Shown here one piece after another: positions 41,122 through 50,283 of a DNA stretch of 64,000 nucleotides. Source of the stretch: an uncultured Trueperaceae bacterium (GTDB lineage: Bacteria; Deinococcota; Deinococci; Deinococcales; Trueperaceae); assembly GCA_963815215.1 (NCBI GenBank), contig CAWFFU010000003.1:320001-384000 (forward strand), in the 5' to 3' direction. A program made the translations under genes and the position numbers. The stretch's first letter is position 1; every line of letters starts with the position of its first letter. Under the pieces are notes generated by a model. It was not told the origin of the DNA. It was given only the letters and a program-made list of their open reading frames with translations, and ran no database searches.

Positions 41122-41222
41122 GCGCCACTGTAGCACAGGCTCTTCGCCGCACTGCGCGTGACAGACGGGCTCGCGGCGACCCTAGCGGGGGCGCGAGCGG
41201 CGTGCGCGGTATCCTGGGCGCC

Positions 41223-42005
41223 ATGCACCTCGTCGCCGTCGTCAGCGCCGATGCGGACGTTCGCCATGCCCTGCGCACGTTCCGAGACGCCCAGGCCCGT
41301 TTCCTACTCCACCCGGTGCCCGCCGGCGGCATGAGCGAGCTCCTCAAAGCGCTCGCCCGCCTCGACTTCGCGGGCGCGCTGGTGCTCGACCCGAGCGCCC
41401 AGGCCGATGCGCTGCACTTCGCCGATCGCTGCTCCCTCGACGCCGAGGAGATCGGCGGCGCCGACACCGTCACCGTCACACCGGGCGGCGTGATCGCCGA
41501 GTACAACCTGGGGCGCGCCGTCGGAAGCCTGCTGGAGGCGGCACGCTGGGACGCCCGCGACGCAGACGTCGTGCTGCTCGGGGGCGGCGCCACGGCGCGC
41601 GGTGTGGCACGCGAACTGTCGAGCATGGGTGCGGCATCGCTTTCGGTGCTGGCGGAGAGCCCCGCCGACGCCGAGCACAGCCTGCCCGAGCTGGCCGCCG
41701 GCACCGCGGTGGTGGCCCGCGCGGCCCAGGACCCGCTGGTGCCCACTCTGCTGGAGCGCGCCGACCTGATGGTGCGCCTCGACGCTTCGGTGCGGGTGCC
41801 GGCGGCGCTGCTCGGCCCCCACCTGACGTTGCTGGACCTGCTGCCGGAGCCGGTGTCGGCGCTACGCAAGCGGGCCATGAGCGTCGGCGCGCTCACGTTC
41901 AACCGGCGCGACCTCGACGCCTACGCCATCGGCCTCGGCCTGACCCACATGCTGGGCGCCCCGGTCGGCGTGGAGCCGTTGCTCGAACTGTTCCACGCAC
42001 TCTGA
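41223..42005 (+). CDS. Shikimate-dehydrogenase-fold protein with degenerate active site
   Basis: AroE-like layout (DRCSLDAEEIGGADTV; VVLLGGGATARGVA), but the SLSP, TxPxK and NTD motifs are absent. Leaderless TATCCT-N7-ATG. Confidence 0.7.
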   Translation: MHLVAVVSADADVRHALRTFRDAQARFLLHPVPAGGMSELLKALARLDFAGALVLDPSAQADALHFADRCSLDAEEIGGADTVTVTPGGVIAEYNLGRAVGSLLEAARWDARDADVVLLGGGATARGVARELSSMGAASLSVLAESPADAEHSLPELAAGTAVVARAAQDPLVPTLLERADLMVRLDASVRVPAALLGPHLTLLDLLPEPVSALRKRAMSVGALTFNRRDLDAYAIGLGLTHMLGAPVGVEPLLELFHAL

Positions 42006-42055
42006 AGCCCGGTCTCATCAAGCCGCCGTTCCGACCTGCAAGACTCGCTGGGTCG

Positions 42056-43624
42056 GTGACCACTCTCCGTTCGCTCCTCCCTGCTGCTGTGGCGCTGCTC
42101 CTCGCTTTGTCGGGAGCGGCGTGGGCACAGTCGAGCACTCTCTATCGCCTGCCCGGAGCGTCGGTGCAGGTGGCGGACGGCGCCATCCGCTTGAGCTACG
42201 GCGGTACCGAGCTCACCTACGTCGAGGGTCTGGGGTGGCTCGGGGACGTCCGGGCCGATCCGCCCCAGGTCTCCCCCGCCGGCGTGCTGGTCGACGGCAC
42301 GGTGCTCGACGCCCTGGGCGTGTCGCTGCCGCGACTCGCCGACGTGCGCTTCGGGGGCGACGGAGACGTTCGTGTGGTCCTGGACGTGCGGGACCTGTCG
42401 CAGGGGGCCGTGAGCGGACTGGTGCGCGAGGGGGACGTGGCCAGCGGCAATCCGCTGACCCTGCACCTTCCCCCGCTGCTCCTGCCGGCCGCGTCACCCG
42501 ATCCGTACCACGGCGTCGAGGTGGCGGTGGATCCCGAGCCGGGCGGGGTGAAGGTCAGCGTCAGCGGCCCCGCATTCCACTACAAGGTGTTCCCCCTGGC
42601 CGATCCCACGCGCGTGGTGATCGACATCGTCCCGCAGAAGCAGGCGGCGCTACCCGAGATCCAGCGCACGCTCGCGCCCGGGGTGAGCTACCGGCGCTTC
42701 AATGCCCCGTCGTCGTCCGGAAGCAGCGTGGTGCACCTCATCTCGGTGGCCCCCGGCGACGCCGAGCTACGCGTGGTCGGGGCCAGTCGCGAGCCCAGGA
42801 CCCTGACGCAACTGACCTCGGGCGCCGTCGCAGGCATCAATGCTGGCTACTTCGATCCCAGCACCTTCGCCGCCGTCGGTCTGCTGCGTGTCGACTTCGG
42901 CGTGCTGTCGCTGCCCACGCGCAACCGCGCGGCAGTGGCGTTCGCTCCCGACGGCGCGACCATAGCGCGGCTACACGCGCATCTCAGCCTGCAGGTCGAC
43001 GGCCGCAGCGTCGACGTCGGGGAGTCCGGCAACGGCGAGGTCGGGGTGGCTACGGCGGCGGGCGCCCTGGTCGGAGATCCGCGCGTGGGCGTGATCACGG
43101 TGCAGCAGGGCGTGGTGCTCGGCAACCGGGTCGGGCCGCGGACCGTGCCCCCGTCCGGCTTCGCCCTGGTCTACCCGCCCGATCGCCGGCCCCTGGCGCG
43201 CATCGATGCCGGCGCTTCCGTGACGCTCGACATGCAGCTCCAGCCGGCCGCCTTCAATGCCGCGCCCTACGTGGTGGAGGCCGGCCCGCTACTGGTGAAG
43301 AACGGCCAGGCCGCCTTCGATCCCAGCGCCGAGGGGTTCCCGACCGGCCAACGCATCCTCGACGCCGTGACCCAGCAGTCGGCCATCGGCATCAAGCCCG
43401 ATGGCACGGTGCTGCTGGTCGTGGCCCAGTCGATGCGGGCGGCGGACCTGGTGCCGCTGTTCTTGCGCCTCGGGGCGCGCGATGCCATGCGGCTCGACAG
43501 CGGTTCGAGCGCCACCCTGGTCGCGGACGGCAAGCCGCTCAACCGGACCTTCGAGCGCAAGGTCGTGAGCGCCATCGTGGTGCGCGCCAAGCAGGCGGCG
43601 GTGGCGAGCCTCTCGAGCCCCTGA
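42056..43624 (+). CDS. Secreted phosphodiester-glycosidase-family (NAGPA/DUF2233) protein with AMIN-like segment
   Basis: Signal peptide; DPTRVVID; AGINAGYF, EAGPLLVKNG, SAIGI, DAMRLDSGSSATL. Confidence 0.8.
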   Translation: MTTLRSLLPAAVALLLALSGAAWAQSSTLYRLPGASVQVADGAIRLSYGGTELTYVEGLGWLGDVRADPPQVSPAGVLVDGTVLDALGVSLPRLADVRFGGDGDVRVVLDVRDLSQGAVSGLVREGDVASGNPLTLHLPPLLLPAASPDPYHGVEVAVDPEPGGVKVSVSGPAFHYKVFPLADPTRVVIDIVPQKQAALPEIQRTLAPGVSYRRFNAPSSSGSSVVHLISVAPGDAELRVVGASREPRTLTQLTSGAVAGINAGYFDPSTFAAVGLLRVDFGVLSLPTRNRAAVAFAPDGATIARLHAHLSLQVDGRSVDVGESGNGEVGVATAAGALVGDPRVGVITVQQGVVLGNRVGPRTVPPSGFALVYPPDRRPLARIDAGASVTLDMQLQPAAFNAAPYVVEAGPLLVKNGQAAFDPSAEGFPTGQRILDAVTQQSAIGIKPDGTVLLVVAQSMRAADLVPLFLRLGARDAMRLDSGSSATLVADGKPLNRTFERKVVSAIVVRAKQAAVASLSSP

Positions 43625-43683
43625 CGCCCGGCGGCGTCTGCCGCCACGCGGCGGGGCGCGGCGCGCTCGTATACTCGAAGCAC

Positions 43684-45147
43684 ATGAACCTCGCGACCGC
43701 CGGGTCGGGCCTCGAGCGTCGCGGCATCGTCCGCGTCGCGTTGGGGATCTGTATGGCGGCTGTACTCGCCGTCGTGCCGCAGGCCGCTGCGCAGACGGAT
43801 GGCGTGCGGGTCGAGCTCGGCCTCGGCGGCCACCTGGTGGTGGGCTCCTGGAACCCGTTGCAGGTCACGGTGCGTGACGCGGCTCCCAGCATGCTGCGGC
43901 TGCGCATCGACGAGGGTTCGTTGCTCGAGGGCCCGCGCATCGTGCGCTACAGCGCGTCCGTGCCCGGCGGCAGCGGCGTGACCGTGTTCCAGGACGACCT
44001 CTACCTGCCCGCTTTCCGCTCGTTGAGCTGGACACTGGCCAGCGGCCGCACCGTACTCGCCAGCGGCAGCCTGGGTCCCGGCGACGCCGACCCCCGTCCT
44101 CTACAGATCGTGCTCTCGGCCTCGCCGGGGAGCTGGCGCGGCGCCTTCGCCCCCGATGCCCGCATCGTCGACGTGGCTGCGTCCGACCTGCCGGCCCGCG
44201 CGGCCGCCTACGACGGGGTGCAGACCCTGCTCGTGGACGGCAGCGCTGCGGCGCCGCGCGCAGCGTCGCTCGCCGCCGCAGCGGCGGGGGGCGTCCAGGT
44301 GATGCTGGCCGGCGCGCTGCCCGCGAGCCAGGCGGGCCTCGCCAGGCTGGCAGGCGGCGGTACCGCCCGGCTCGGAGCGGGCGCGGTCGAGCGCGTCGCC
44401 GACGATCCCGCGGCCGTGCGAACGCGCCTCGCGGCGTGGCGGTCACTGGATCGATCGGCCCTGCTGCAGGCGCTGGCCGCCGAGCGGCTCGTCCAGCCAC
44501 CCGCAACGCCGGACCAGCCGCTGGTCCTGGCGCTGGCCGCCACCTATGCGCTGCTCGCCCTGCTAGCGTTGCGCTTCGGTGGCACGCCCGGCCTGGCAGC
44601 GGGCCTGGTGCTCGCGGTGGTGGTCTCGCTGGCCGGCTGGCGCCTGTTGCGGCCGCCGTCGCCGGAGCTGACGGCGTCGCGCACCGTTGTGCTGGGCGGC
44701 GGGGAGCTGGCGCTCGCGCTCCGGGTCGAGGAGCGGCTCACGTTGCCTTCGGGGGTGGCGAGCCTGCCGGGCGCCGGGCATCCGCTCTCCGGTCTGCCCT
44801 ACTCGGTCGATGACGGCGTCACCCACGTCGAGCTGCCTCGTTGGAATGCGGTCGCGGTCGCTGCGCGCCCGGTTCTGCGCCCGGCCGCGCTCCGTTTCGA
44901 GGACGGACGGTTGGCCAACAGCGGCGACGGTCCCCTGCGTGACGTCTACGTCCTCGGTCTGGGGCGCCAGCCCGACCTGGCGGCCGGGGCGTCGCGGCAC
45001 CCGGAGCCCGGCGAGGAGGGCGGCTTGCCTCCCGTGCTGACACGACTGTCGTCGCTCCTCCCCGCCGGCACGGCCCTGGCCCTGGCCCCTGAGGCGGTCT
45101 GGGTGGCGTTGCCCCCGTTGGACCCCGGAGCGGGAGGTCGACCGTGA
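43684..45147 (+). CDS. Hypothetical exported/membrane protein
   Basis: TATACT-N8-ATG; signal peptide; GSWNPLQVTV; DLPARAAAYDGVQTLLV; two internal TM helices. Confidence 0.7.
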   Translation: MNLATAGSGLERRGIVRVALGICMAAVLAVVPQAAAQTDGVRVELGLGGHLVVGSWNPLQVTVRDAAPSMLRLRIDEGSLLEGPRIVRYSASVPGGSGVTVFQDDLYLPAFRSLSWTLASGRTVLASGSLGPGDADPRPLQIVLSASPGSWRGAFAPDARIVDVAASDLPARAAAYDGVQTLLVDGSAAAPRAASLAAAAAGGVQVMLAGALPASQAGLARLAGGGTARLGAGAVERVADDPAAVRTRLAAWRSLDRSALLQALAAERLVQPPATPDQPLVLALAATYALLALLALRFGGTPGLAAGLVLAVVVSLAGWRLLRPPSPELTASRTVVLGGGELALALRVEERLTLPSGVASLPGAGHPLSGLPYSVDDGVTHVELPRWNAVAVAARPVLRPAALRFEDGRLANSGDGPLRDVYVLGLGRQPDLAAGASRHPEPGEEGGLPPVLTRLSSLLPAGTALALAPEAVWVALPPLDPGAGGRP

Positions 45148-45791
45148 GCCGCGCCGGTTCCGGCCTCGGAGCACTCGGTCCGGTCGCGGACCGGCTCCGA
45201 AGCGCCGACATGCTGCAGGTGCTGGCGCTGTTCCTGGCCGCTCAGCTCTTCGTCATGGCGGTGCGCTGGCCCGGCGCGGGCGGCAGCAACGAGGCGTGGT
45301 TCGCTCTGGCCCAGGCCCGCATGGTGTTGCTGTCACTGGCCGCGCTCGGCTTCGGCGCTGCCGAGAGCGGCGGGAGCCCGCGCTCGAGGCGCGCCACCGC
45401 CGGCGCGTTGCTGATGTTCGTGGTCCTGTCCGCGCCCATCGACGTCGCCAGCTACGCCGCGAGCTACCCGGCGGTTCCGCTCTGGTGGTCGAGCCTCCTG
45501 CCGTTGCCGGAGACGCTCGCGTACTTCGGCGTCGGTCTGGCGCTGGGACGTGCGGCGACCTGGTCGCGGATCGGCGCCCTGCTCCCGCTGCTGGTCCCGG
45601 CGCTGCTGGTCGCCGGCATCTGGGCCGATGTGCGTCTGGGAGTCGACGTCTTCAACCCGTTGACGGCCGTCTTGCAGGTGTCGGTCGTCCATGCCGTGGC
45701 GATGATCTCGCTGGCCGCAGCGACGGCCGCCTGGCTGGCGCGGCGCAGTCCGCTCGAGCGGACGGACGAGGCTGGGGAGGAGGCGGCATGA
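45144..45791 (+). CDS. Hypothetical polytopic membrane protein
   Basis: About 6 hydrophobic segments; GTGA/ATGA overlaps with both neighbours. Confidence 0.7.
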   Translation: MSRAGSGLGALGPVADRLRSADMLQVLALFLAAQLFVMAVRWPGAGGSNEAWFALAQARMVLLSLAALGFGAAESGGSPRSRRATAGALLMFVVLSAPIDVASYAASYPAVPLWWSSLLPLPETLAYFGVGLALGRAATWSRIGALLPLLVPALLVAGIWADVRLGVDVFNPLTAVLQVSVVHAVAMISLAAATAAWLARRSPLERTDEAGEEAA

Positions 45792-47266
45792 TCCGTCCGA
45801 GCCGGCGCCAGCGCGCCAGCCGCCCCACCGCGGAGCATGCCTTCGCGCTGCACCTGCGCATCGCCGCGCGCAGTGCCTGGAGCACTCGCTTGCTGCGCGG
45901 CGCCGCGGCCGCCCTGCTGGCGTCGCTGATCGCGGCCGCCGCCGGCGCGTCGCCGTGGCTGCAGGGTGGCGGACTCTGCGGAGCCTTCGTCATCGCCGCC
46001 CTGGCCCCGGTTCGCGGCCATCGCGCGCGGGCCGTACGCTTCATCCGTGAGCGCGCCGGGCTGAGCTACGAGACCGCGCTCGAGCTCGACGCCGGGGCCC
46101 ACGATCCGTCGTTCGCCGACGCCGTCCGGGCCCGAGCCGTCGACAGCGTGCGCGACGTGCGCCTGCCCGATCTGCAGGCCTGGTGGCTGCCACTCTTGGC
46201 GGCGGCGCTGGCGCTGCTGCTGTTCCCGTTGGCGAGCCGCACGACGGTGTTCTCCGGAACCTCGAACGCCCCCGCCGCGACGGCGCAGCCGCCGGCGGCC
46301 ACGCCGAAGGGGCCGCAGTCTCGAAGCGTCTCCGCCCCGCCGGCGAGGGCACCGGAGCGCGCCCGGAACGGTGCCGGCGGCGCGTCGCAGGGCGCGGCCG
46401 CCGACGCGCCCACGGCTGCGGGAGCGGGCGGGCAGGGAAGCGACCAGCAGGTCCTATCGAACTACCTTCAGACGCTGCAGCAGCAGGCGCCGGCCGGTGC
46501 CGCACCGTCGGGCGATGCGGGCGCGGTCACCGACGGCGCGCCGACCGCGCCGTCCATGGCGCCGGGGGTGCCGACGCCCGGCGACACCCGCGGCGGGTCG
46601 GTCGGCAACGCCGGAACCGGCGCCCCATCCTCCGGCGCCCCATCCTCCGGCACGCAGGCCGGCGGGCCATCGTCGGGACAAGGGTCGAACGACGGAGCAT
46701 CCGGCTCTAGCGGCAGTGGTTCCGGCAACGAACCCTCGCAGGGAGCCGGCGGGGCCTCCCCGTCCTCGCCGTCCGCCCCGAGCCGCTCCGACGCGGCGCC
46801 ATCGGCGGGCACCGCAGCGACGGACGCCGCCGGCACGCAACCGCCCGGCGACAGCGTCGGCTCCGGGCAGAAGCCACAGCAAGGCGCTGCATCGGCGCCG
46901 CAACCCGGGGGAGGCAGCGCGGCGGGCGAGGCCGCCGGTCAACGGCAGGCCGCTGCGGCCGACGGCGGAACCCTGCCGGGCGCACGCAATGCCGAAGGGT
47001 CGGGCACCGGCGGCAACCAGCCGGGCTCTTCCGGCGCCGCCGGCCCCGCCGCCCAGGGAGCGGCACAACCGCCGCAGTTCCTCCCGGGCGACCTTCGTCC
47101 CGGCGCGCAGAGTGCCAGCGGCACGCTCCGACTCCCGGGCTCGAAGGATGTGACTCTGCCTCCCGGCACGTCGATGGACAGCTACCGGCGCGCGGCCGAG
47201 CAGGCGCTCACCGAGGGCGACGTACCGCTCGAGTACCAGGAGGTCATCCGCCGCTACTTCCGCTAG
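45788..47266 (+). CDS. Hypothetical membrane protein with long low-complexity linker and VPxEY..IRRYF C-terminus
   Basis: Starts MIRPSRRQ after a GGAGG RBS; TM pair, G/S/A/P-rich linker, terminal EGDVPLEYQEVIRRYFR. Confidence 0.7.
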   Translation: MIRPSRRQRASRPTAEHAFALHLRIAARSAWSTRLLRGAAAALLASLIAAAAGASPWLQGGGLCGAFVIAALAPVRGHRARAVRFIRERAGLSYETALELDAGAHDPSFADAVRARAVDSVRDVRLPDLQAWWLPLLAAALALLLFPLASRTTVFSGTSNAPAATAQPPAATPKGPQSRSVSAPPARAPERARNGAGGASQGAAADAPTAAGAGGQGSDQQVLSNYLQTLQQQAPAGAAPSGDAGAVTDGAPTAPSMAPGVPTPGDTRGGSVGNAGTGAPSSGAPSSGTQAGGPSSGQGSNDGASGSSGSGSGNEPSQGAGGASPSSPSAPSRSDAAPSAGTAATDAAGTQPPGDSVGSGQKPQQGAASAPQPGGGSAAGEAAGQRQAAAADGGTLPGARNAEGSGTGGNQPGSSGAAGPAAQGAAQPPQFLPGDLRPGAQSASGTLRLPGSKDVTLPPGTSMDSYRRAAEQALTEGDVPLEYQEVIRRYFR

Positions 47267-47282
47267 GTGACGGCCGGCGCCG

Positions 47283-47897
47283 TCAGGAGCCGGAGGTCTG
47301 GCTCTGCAATGCGTGCCGGAGGGCTCCCACCACGGCCGGCGCGACATCGCCAACGCCCTCATCGCGCAGGGCGACGACGGCGGGGTCGGACTGGAGCGAG
47401 GGGAGTGCCTCGGCGGTGCTCTCGCGGCGACTGCGCTGCATCAGCGGGGCCTCGAAGCGGGCGACCACGGAATCGCTCGCTGTGTCGACCACGATCGCCT
47501 GGACCTGGACCGTGACGTCCACCGTGCGTGCGCTCCCGTCCTTGGATACCGTCACATCGCGCTTCATGTCGGGAGCTCCGATCAGTACGGAGTAGGCGGC
47601 GCCGTAGCTGCGGCCGATGCGGGCGGAGGCGGGCACCGCGCGATCGTAGAACAGATCGCTGTGCCCCTCCGCGAAGCGCATCGCCGCAGCGCTGACGAAG
47701 GCGAACGGGAGCGGTCCCTGCGCGCGCATCTCCGACACCAGCAGGGCGGCGCTCCCGCCGATCCTGCCCTGCGCGGGACCGTTGATCACGGCGACCAGAG
47801 GTTGCGCCCCGGGGGCGGCGGCGGGCGCGCAGGCGACGAGCATCAGGGCGAGCGTTACGAGCGCCATCGTCAGGTTGCGGATGCGGGATGTCCTCAC
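47283..47897 (-). CDS. Hypothetical lipoprotein
   Basis: Lipobox LVAC after a hydrophobic stretch; alpha/beta body. Confidence 0.65.
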   Translation of the reverse strand: MRTSRIRNLTMALVTLALMLVACAPAAAPGAQPLVAVINGPAQGRIGGSAALLVSEMRAQGPLPFAFVSAAAMRFAEGHSDLFYDRAVPASARIGRSYGAAYSVLIGAPDMKRDVTVSKDGSARTVDVTVQVQAIVVDTASDSVVARFEAPLMQRSRRESTAEALPSLQSDPAVVALRDEGVGDVAPAVVGALRHALQSQTSGS

Positions 47898-47961
47898 ACC
47901 CTACATGCTGCCACCCGCATCGCCGGCGATGCGTAGCCGCGGCGTCAGCGAGCGAGGATCG

Positions 47962-48585
47962 TCACCGCCCGGGCGGCCCCGACGCCCCGTCGTCGAGCTC
48001 GATCCGCGCTTCCCCGCGGGTGAGCTCCGCCAAACGGCGCCGGAGCCCGTCCGCGTCCGCCTCGGGCACTACCAGGGCCACGCGAACGCCCTGCGGCTCG
48101 AACGCCGGGTCCTCGCGGTGGACGCTGGGAAGCGCGTCGAGTTCGCGCAGAAGCGAGTCGACGAAGGCGAACGGGGCGCGGACGGAGATCCGGACGGTGG
48201 TCGGTACCTCGCGCTCGCCGGCTGCCTGTACCGCCCGGGCCACGGCGCCGCCGTAGGCGCGCGCCAGGCCCCCGGCGCCCAGCTTGCGCCCCCCGAAGTA
48301 GCGCACCACGACCGCCGCCACGTGATCGAGGTCGCGCTTGAGCAACACCTCCAGCATCGGCCGACCGGCCGTGCCGCCGGGCTCGCCGTCGTCGGAGAAA
48401 CGCTGCTCCCGGCCCACGCGGTATGCCCAGCAGTGGTGGCTGGCGTCGGGGTGGGCGGCGCGTTGCGCCTCCACCAGCGCCAGCGCCTTCGTCGTGTCGG
48501 TCACGGGCGCCACCGTGGCGATGAAGCGCGATCCCATCACCATGTCTTCGTGCTCGGCGGGTCGGAGCAGCGATCGGTAGCCCAC
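47962..48585 (-). CDS. yigZ: YigZ/IMPACT family protein
   Basis: SRFIA, DASHHCWAY, SDDGEPGGTAGRPML, VRYFGG.KLGAGGLARAY. Confidence 0.92.
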   Translation of the reverse strand: MGYRSLLRPAEHEDMVMGSRFIATVAPVTDTTKALALVEAQRAAHPDASHHCWAYRVGREQRFSDDGEPGGTAGRPMLEVLLKRDLDHVAAVVVRYFGGRKLGAGGLARAYGGAVARAVQAAGEREVPTTVRISVRAPFAFVDSLLRELDALPSVHREDPAFEPQGVRVALVVPEADADGLRRRLAELTRGEARIELDDGASGPPGR

Positions 48586-48638
48586 GGCCGATCAGTCTAC
48601 TCCCCGGAGCGACGCGGCCCCGTGCTACACTCTGCTCC

Positions 48639-48695
48639 ATGGTGACGCCGGTGATGAAGATCTACCTGCCGCGATGTCTGCGTCACACCGCCTGA
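48639..48695 (+). other. Putative leaderless uORF upstream of cysS (18 aa, 1 Cys)
   Basis: TGC-TACACT-ctgctcc-ATG, then MVTPVMKIYLPRCLRHTA*; stop lies 68 nt before the cysS ATG. Confidence 0.4.
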
Positions 48696-48763
48696 CCCTC
48701 GGTCCCAGCTACAGCCAGTGCCTTCGCGGGCGCGTTCCCGCCCGCTCTCATGCGAGGAGTGCC

Positions 48764-50182
48764 ATGGCGCTTGAGTTCTACAACAGCCTCAGCCGCAGCA
48801 AGGAAGTCTTCGAGCCGGTGGTCCCCGGCCGCGTCGGTATCTACATGTGCGGCCCTACCGTCTACTCCGAACCGCATCTGGGCCACGCGCGCGGGCCCAT
48901 CGTGTTCGACGTGCTGCGGCGCTGGCTCGAACACAGCGGCTACGTCGTGCGCTTCGTGTCCAACGTGACCGACGTCGGTCATCTATCCGACGTGGAGGAA
49001 GGCGAGGACAAGCTCCAGAAGCGCGCACAGCTCGAGCGGCTCGAGCCCATGGAGGTCGCGGAGAAGTACTTCTGGGCCTACTTCGACGCCATGGCGCGCC
49101 TGAACGTGCGGCGCCCCGACGTGGTCCCCCGGGCGTCGGGGCACATCATCGAGCAGATCGAGCTCACGCGCGTGCTGCTCGACCGGGGCTTCGCCTACCG
49201 CAAGGACGGTAACGTCTACTTCGACGTCTCCGCCTTCGAGCCCTACGGCGAGCTGTCGGGCCGCGATCCCGACGAGCTGATGGAGGGCACGCGGGTGGAG
49301 GTGCGCTCCGACAAGGACGACCCGCGCGACTTCGCGTTGTGGAAGAAGGCCGAGGAAGGGCACATCATGCGCTGGCCGAGCCCCTGGGGCGAGGGCTTCC
49401 CCGGTTGGCACATCGAGTGCTCGGTGATGAGCACCAAGTACCTCGGCGACGAGTTCGACATCCATGGCGGTGGGCTCGATCTGATCTTCCCCCACCACGA
49501 GTGCGAGCTCGCCCAGGCGCGCGCGGCCGGCAAGCCCTTCGCGCGGGTGTGGCTGCACTGGAACATGATCACGCTCGAGGGCGAGAAGATGGCCAAGTCG
49601 AAGAACCACTTCGTCACCCTCTCGAAGCTTTTCGAACGCTACGACCCGGTCGCCGTCCGCTTCCACCTGCTCCGCTCGCACTACCGCAGCGTCTCGGATT
49701 TCTCCGACGAGAGCCTCACGGCGTCGGCGCAGGGACTGAAGCGCCTGCGCGAGAGCTACCGGCAGGTGAGCGGAGGGGCCGAAGGCGAGCCCACGCCGGG
49801 GGCGTTCGACGGTCTGCGCGCGCGCTTCGCCGAGGCGATGGACGACGACATCAACACCCCCCAGGCGCTCGCCGTACTCTTCGACGGAGCGCGTGAGATC
49901 AACCGCCGCGTCGAGCAGGGTGCGAGCCCCGAGTACCGGGGCGCCGCGCGCGCGTTCTTCCACGACCTGCTCGACGGGGTGCTCGGTATCCCCGCGCAGG
50001 CCGAGGCGGCCGGTCAGACGCGCGACGCGATGGATGGACTGGTCGGTATGCTCCTGGACGAGCGGCAGCGGGCGCGCGCGCGCCGCGATTTCGACGCATC
50101 CGATGCGATGCGCGCGCGGCTCGAGGCGCTCGGCATCGAAGTCGAGGACACCCCCGAAGGGACCCGCTGGAAGCTGGCGTGA
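48764..50182 (+). CDS. cysS: Cysteine--tRNA ligase
   Basis: [54 protein letters not shown]. Confidence 0.97.
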   Translation: MALEFYNSLSRSKEVFEPVVPGRVGIYMCGPTVYSEPHLGHARGPIVFDVLRRWLEHSGYVVRFVSNVTDVGHLSDVEEGEDKLQKRAQLERLEPMEVAEKYFWAYFDAMARLNVRRPDVVPRASGHIIEQIELTRVLLDRGFAYRKDGNVYFDVSAFEPYGELSGRDPDELMEGTRVEVRSDKDDPRDFALWKKAEEGHIMRWPSPWGEGFPGWHIECSVMSTKYLGDEFDIHGGGLDLIFPHHECELAQARAAGKPFARVWLHWNMITLEGEKMAKSKNHFVTLSKLFERYDPVAVRFHLLRSHYRSVSDFSDESLTASAQGLKRLRESYRQVSGGAEGEPTPGAFDGLRARFAEAMDDDINTPQALAVLFDGAREINRRVEQGASPEYRGAARAFFHDLLDGVLGIPAQAEAAGQTRDAMDGLVGMLLDERQRARARRDFDASDAMRARLEALGIEVEDTPEGTRWKLA

Positions 50183-50283
50183 GTCGCCGGCATGACGCCG
50201 GCAGGGACAGTCGCGGCCCATACCGGCTGGGCTCATGCCGCGCTTCTCGCGACCGGCGCGCCGCCGCCGTAGCAGCATGGCGT

